A stretch of 64,000 nucleotides of DNA from Eledone cirrhosa (lineage: Eukaryota), in NCBI GenBank assembly GCA_964016885.1, contig OZ024742.1:147622001-147686000 (forward strand). Direction: 5' to 3'. Both the position numbers and the translations under genes were made by a program. How positions within the stretch are numbered: position 1 is the first letter of the stretch; every line of letters starts with the position of its first letter. This document shows, one piece after another, positions 62,080-64,000 of the stretch. The notes below the pieces were generated by a model. That model did not search any database. It had not been told where the DNA came from and was given only the letters and a program-made list of their open reading frames with translations.

Positions 62080-62980
62080 TTCATCATACTTTCCAATTTT
62101 TATGCTCTTGAACTTTCTCTCGTTAAATTATTTTTTAGGGTTTTTTAAAAATAATTTTAAGAAAAGAAAAGAAACATAAATTATAATATTCAAAAGTGTC
62201 TATTATCTATATATATAAAACTGAGGATGTCTCTCTGTGTGTTTGTGGGTGAGTTTGAATCCCTAAAATCAGGGAGTGTTCTGAGCCAAACAAATTTCAA
62301 ATTTTCAATGCCCTAGGGACCGCATGAGGCGATTTAGCGATCTCTCTATAATTTTTAGTCTTTCTCTTTTTAGATAGATACATACATATAACGTCGCGCC
62401 CTTATAATATCTGTCTGTATGTATGTCTAGCTGTCTGTATTACGTCACTTCTTACAATTCGTTCTGCGTCCGGAACACGCCTTTATAATATCTGCCTGTC
62501 TGCTTCCTCCGGTTATTCTGCCATCCTTGCTGAAGACAAATCTCACACTCATTCCCCAAAACAGTTGGTAAGTGCACAACTTCATCCTCACGTTTTAAGC
62601 CAGTGTTGCTTACTTACGTAGCACCAGACCCTTACTTCTTTTCCAGCCGTGGTTGTGGCTATTCTAAGGTTACTAAGGCGGTTATATATTTCACAATACC
62701 TTATCCCGTGCAACGCCGGGTACCACTGCTAGTACATCATAATAATGTCGTATCCAATATTGCCGAAGATGTTTTCTTGAATAGCACGACGCCAATAGAG
62801 TTAACTGGCGAATCTCGCGAGGGCGCTTGGCTGTTACAGCGCATTAGCCTCTCCATAACCCGAGGCAACGCTGCGAGTTTGTTGGCTTGCCTCAAAAGTC
62901 ATTAGAGAGGGCGTCCAGTACCCCTCGCTGCTGTCTTTTGCTTTGGTGTTGGCTCGGTTGTTCACCCCTTCCTTAACAGT
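62080..62980 (-). promoter_or_regulatory. Putative ZNF-6 promoter and exon 1, interrupted by a Helitron
   Basis: Paralogous block; TCTCGCGAG 62813-62821; 527-bp insertion at 62206-62732. Confidence 0.5.
62206..62732 (+). mobile_element. Short (527 bp) non-autonomous Helitron, independent insertion
   Basis: TCTATATATATAAAACTG...CCCGTGCAACGCCGGGTACCACTGCTAG inserted between A and T of the empty site GTGTCTATTA|TACATCAT seen in the other units; no TSD. Confidence 0.92.
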
Positions 62981-64000
62981 TTAAACGAGGATTTTTTTTT
63001 TTTTTAGTAGTTTGGTATTCCTTAATTCTCCAGTTTTTTTCCTCTCTTCTTTTATTTAAACATGTCTCTCTGACTTCTCTTCCCCTAAACTTACTTTCGT
63101 TATTTAATTTTTCCCCCTCTTTCTCTTTGTTATTGCAAACATTATATAACCGAATTGAAATTTGTCGAATAAATAAAAGTACTTTAAAAAAAATATGAAA
63201 ACGAAACTACCGAATCAATATAATTCAATAAAACAACAATATTATTTATTCAATGTTAATAGTATTTTTCTTATTTAATTACATTAAAACAAAACAATAA
63301 TTTAACGCGGGGAAAGTTCAAGATAACCACTTTTACACCTACCTCCCTTATTATGATACGCCATCGTAAACTTCTTTGTGCATATAAAACCACGATAAAA
63401 GTATGTCTATACCTTTATTACTACGTATAATTTCCACCATAAAGTAAACATATTTATTTAATCAATTTAAAAGTCCTTATAGGGCTGGTAAGCATGATAG
63501 ACGGGCAGAGTTATTAAATATCCTTTATGACAAGAGTCAGAAACAAAAAAGAGGAAAACATATTTCGAGATTTTAAAAATATTTTTTTCTTCTGAATACA
63601 ATTTCTTTAATAATGACAACAATGTAAGTTACGACCTAATTCATAATATATTCAGGATTAAACTATTAAAAGAAATTTGTATAAAAAAAAAACGATAATT
63701 ACGCTAGCCTGTATATAATTACTGTATTCTCCAAGTGAAACAATTTTATTATTTACACATACTAATATAGACTTCAGGTAAATGTTTGTCAACTTACCGT
63801 GTTCACATGTAAACAGTAAATGAGTGAGTTGCGTGTTTATTTTATAAAACTACCAAAGAAATTATCTGGTTGTTATATTCAGCTTTTCAAATGTTTGATC
63901 AACTTTAGTTCTACAGCATCAATTTACAATGTAACTTCACATCTTTAGCCGGAGATTCGTATCTTGTCAGAATATCATTAGCCACAAATGTAATAAAATC

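Larger units (their letters stand above)
735..64000. repeat. Tandem segmental-duplication array of an ~8.3-9.9 kb ZNF unit (about seven full or partial copies)
   Basis: ZNF starts at 2186, 11484, 21362, 30156, 38451 and 60152; the same LINE, promoter, Helitron and minisatellite blocks recur in the same order. Confidence 0.97.

Overview
AT-rich animal genomic DNA, very probably an octopod cephalopod (inferred from the [16 protein letters not shown] zinc-finger style and Octopus-type SINEs). The window is a tandem array of an ~8.3-9.9 kb unit. Read on the minus strand, each unit has a small CpG-rich promoter with a TCTCGCGAG motif, a putative non-coding exon 1, an intron holding a dead RTE-clade LINE, and a single coding exon for a finger-only C2H2 protein. 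The spacer holds a non-autonomous Helitron, SINEs and a 41-bp minisatellite. There are five intact ZNF ORFs (17, 19, 19, 15 and 11 fingers) and one truncated ORF (15 fingers plus a decayed tail). One unit lost its ZNF by a deletion at ~43.27 kb and carries a four-armed foldback element with a 9-bp TSD and two defective tRNA-Trp-primed Gypsy (CsRn1/Kabuki-like) LTR elements. The most striking detail is in the second LTR element: 39 nt of tRNA-Trp instead of an 18-nt PBS, with a mismatch exactly at the m1A58 position, ending next to position 37 and fused into the middle of RT. This looks like a genomic fossil of primer read-through and aberrant strand transfer. All alignments and counts were done by eye.
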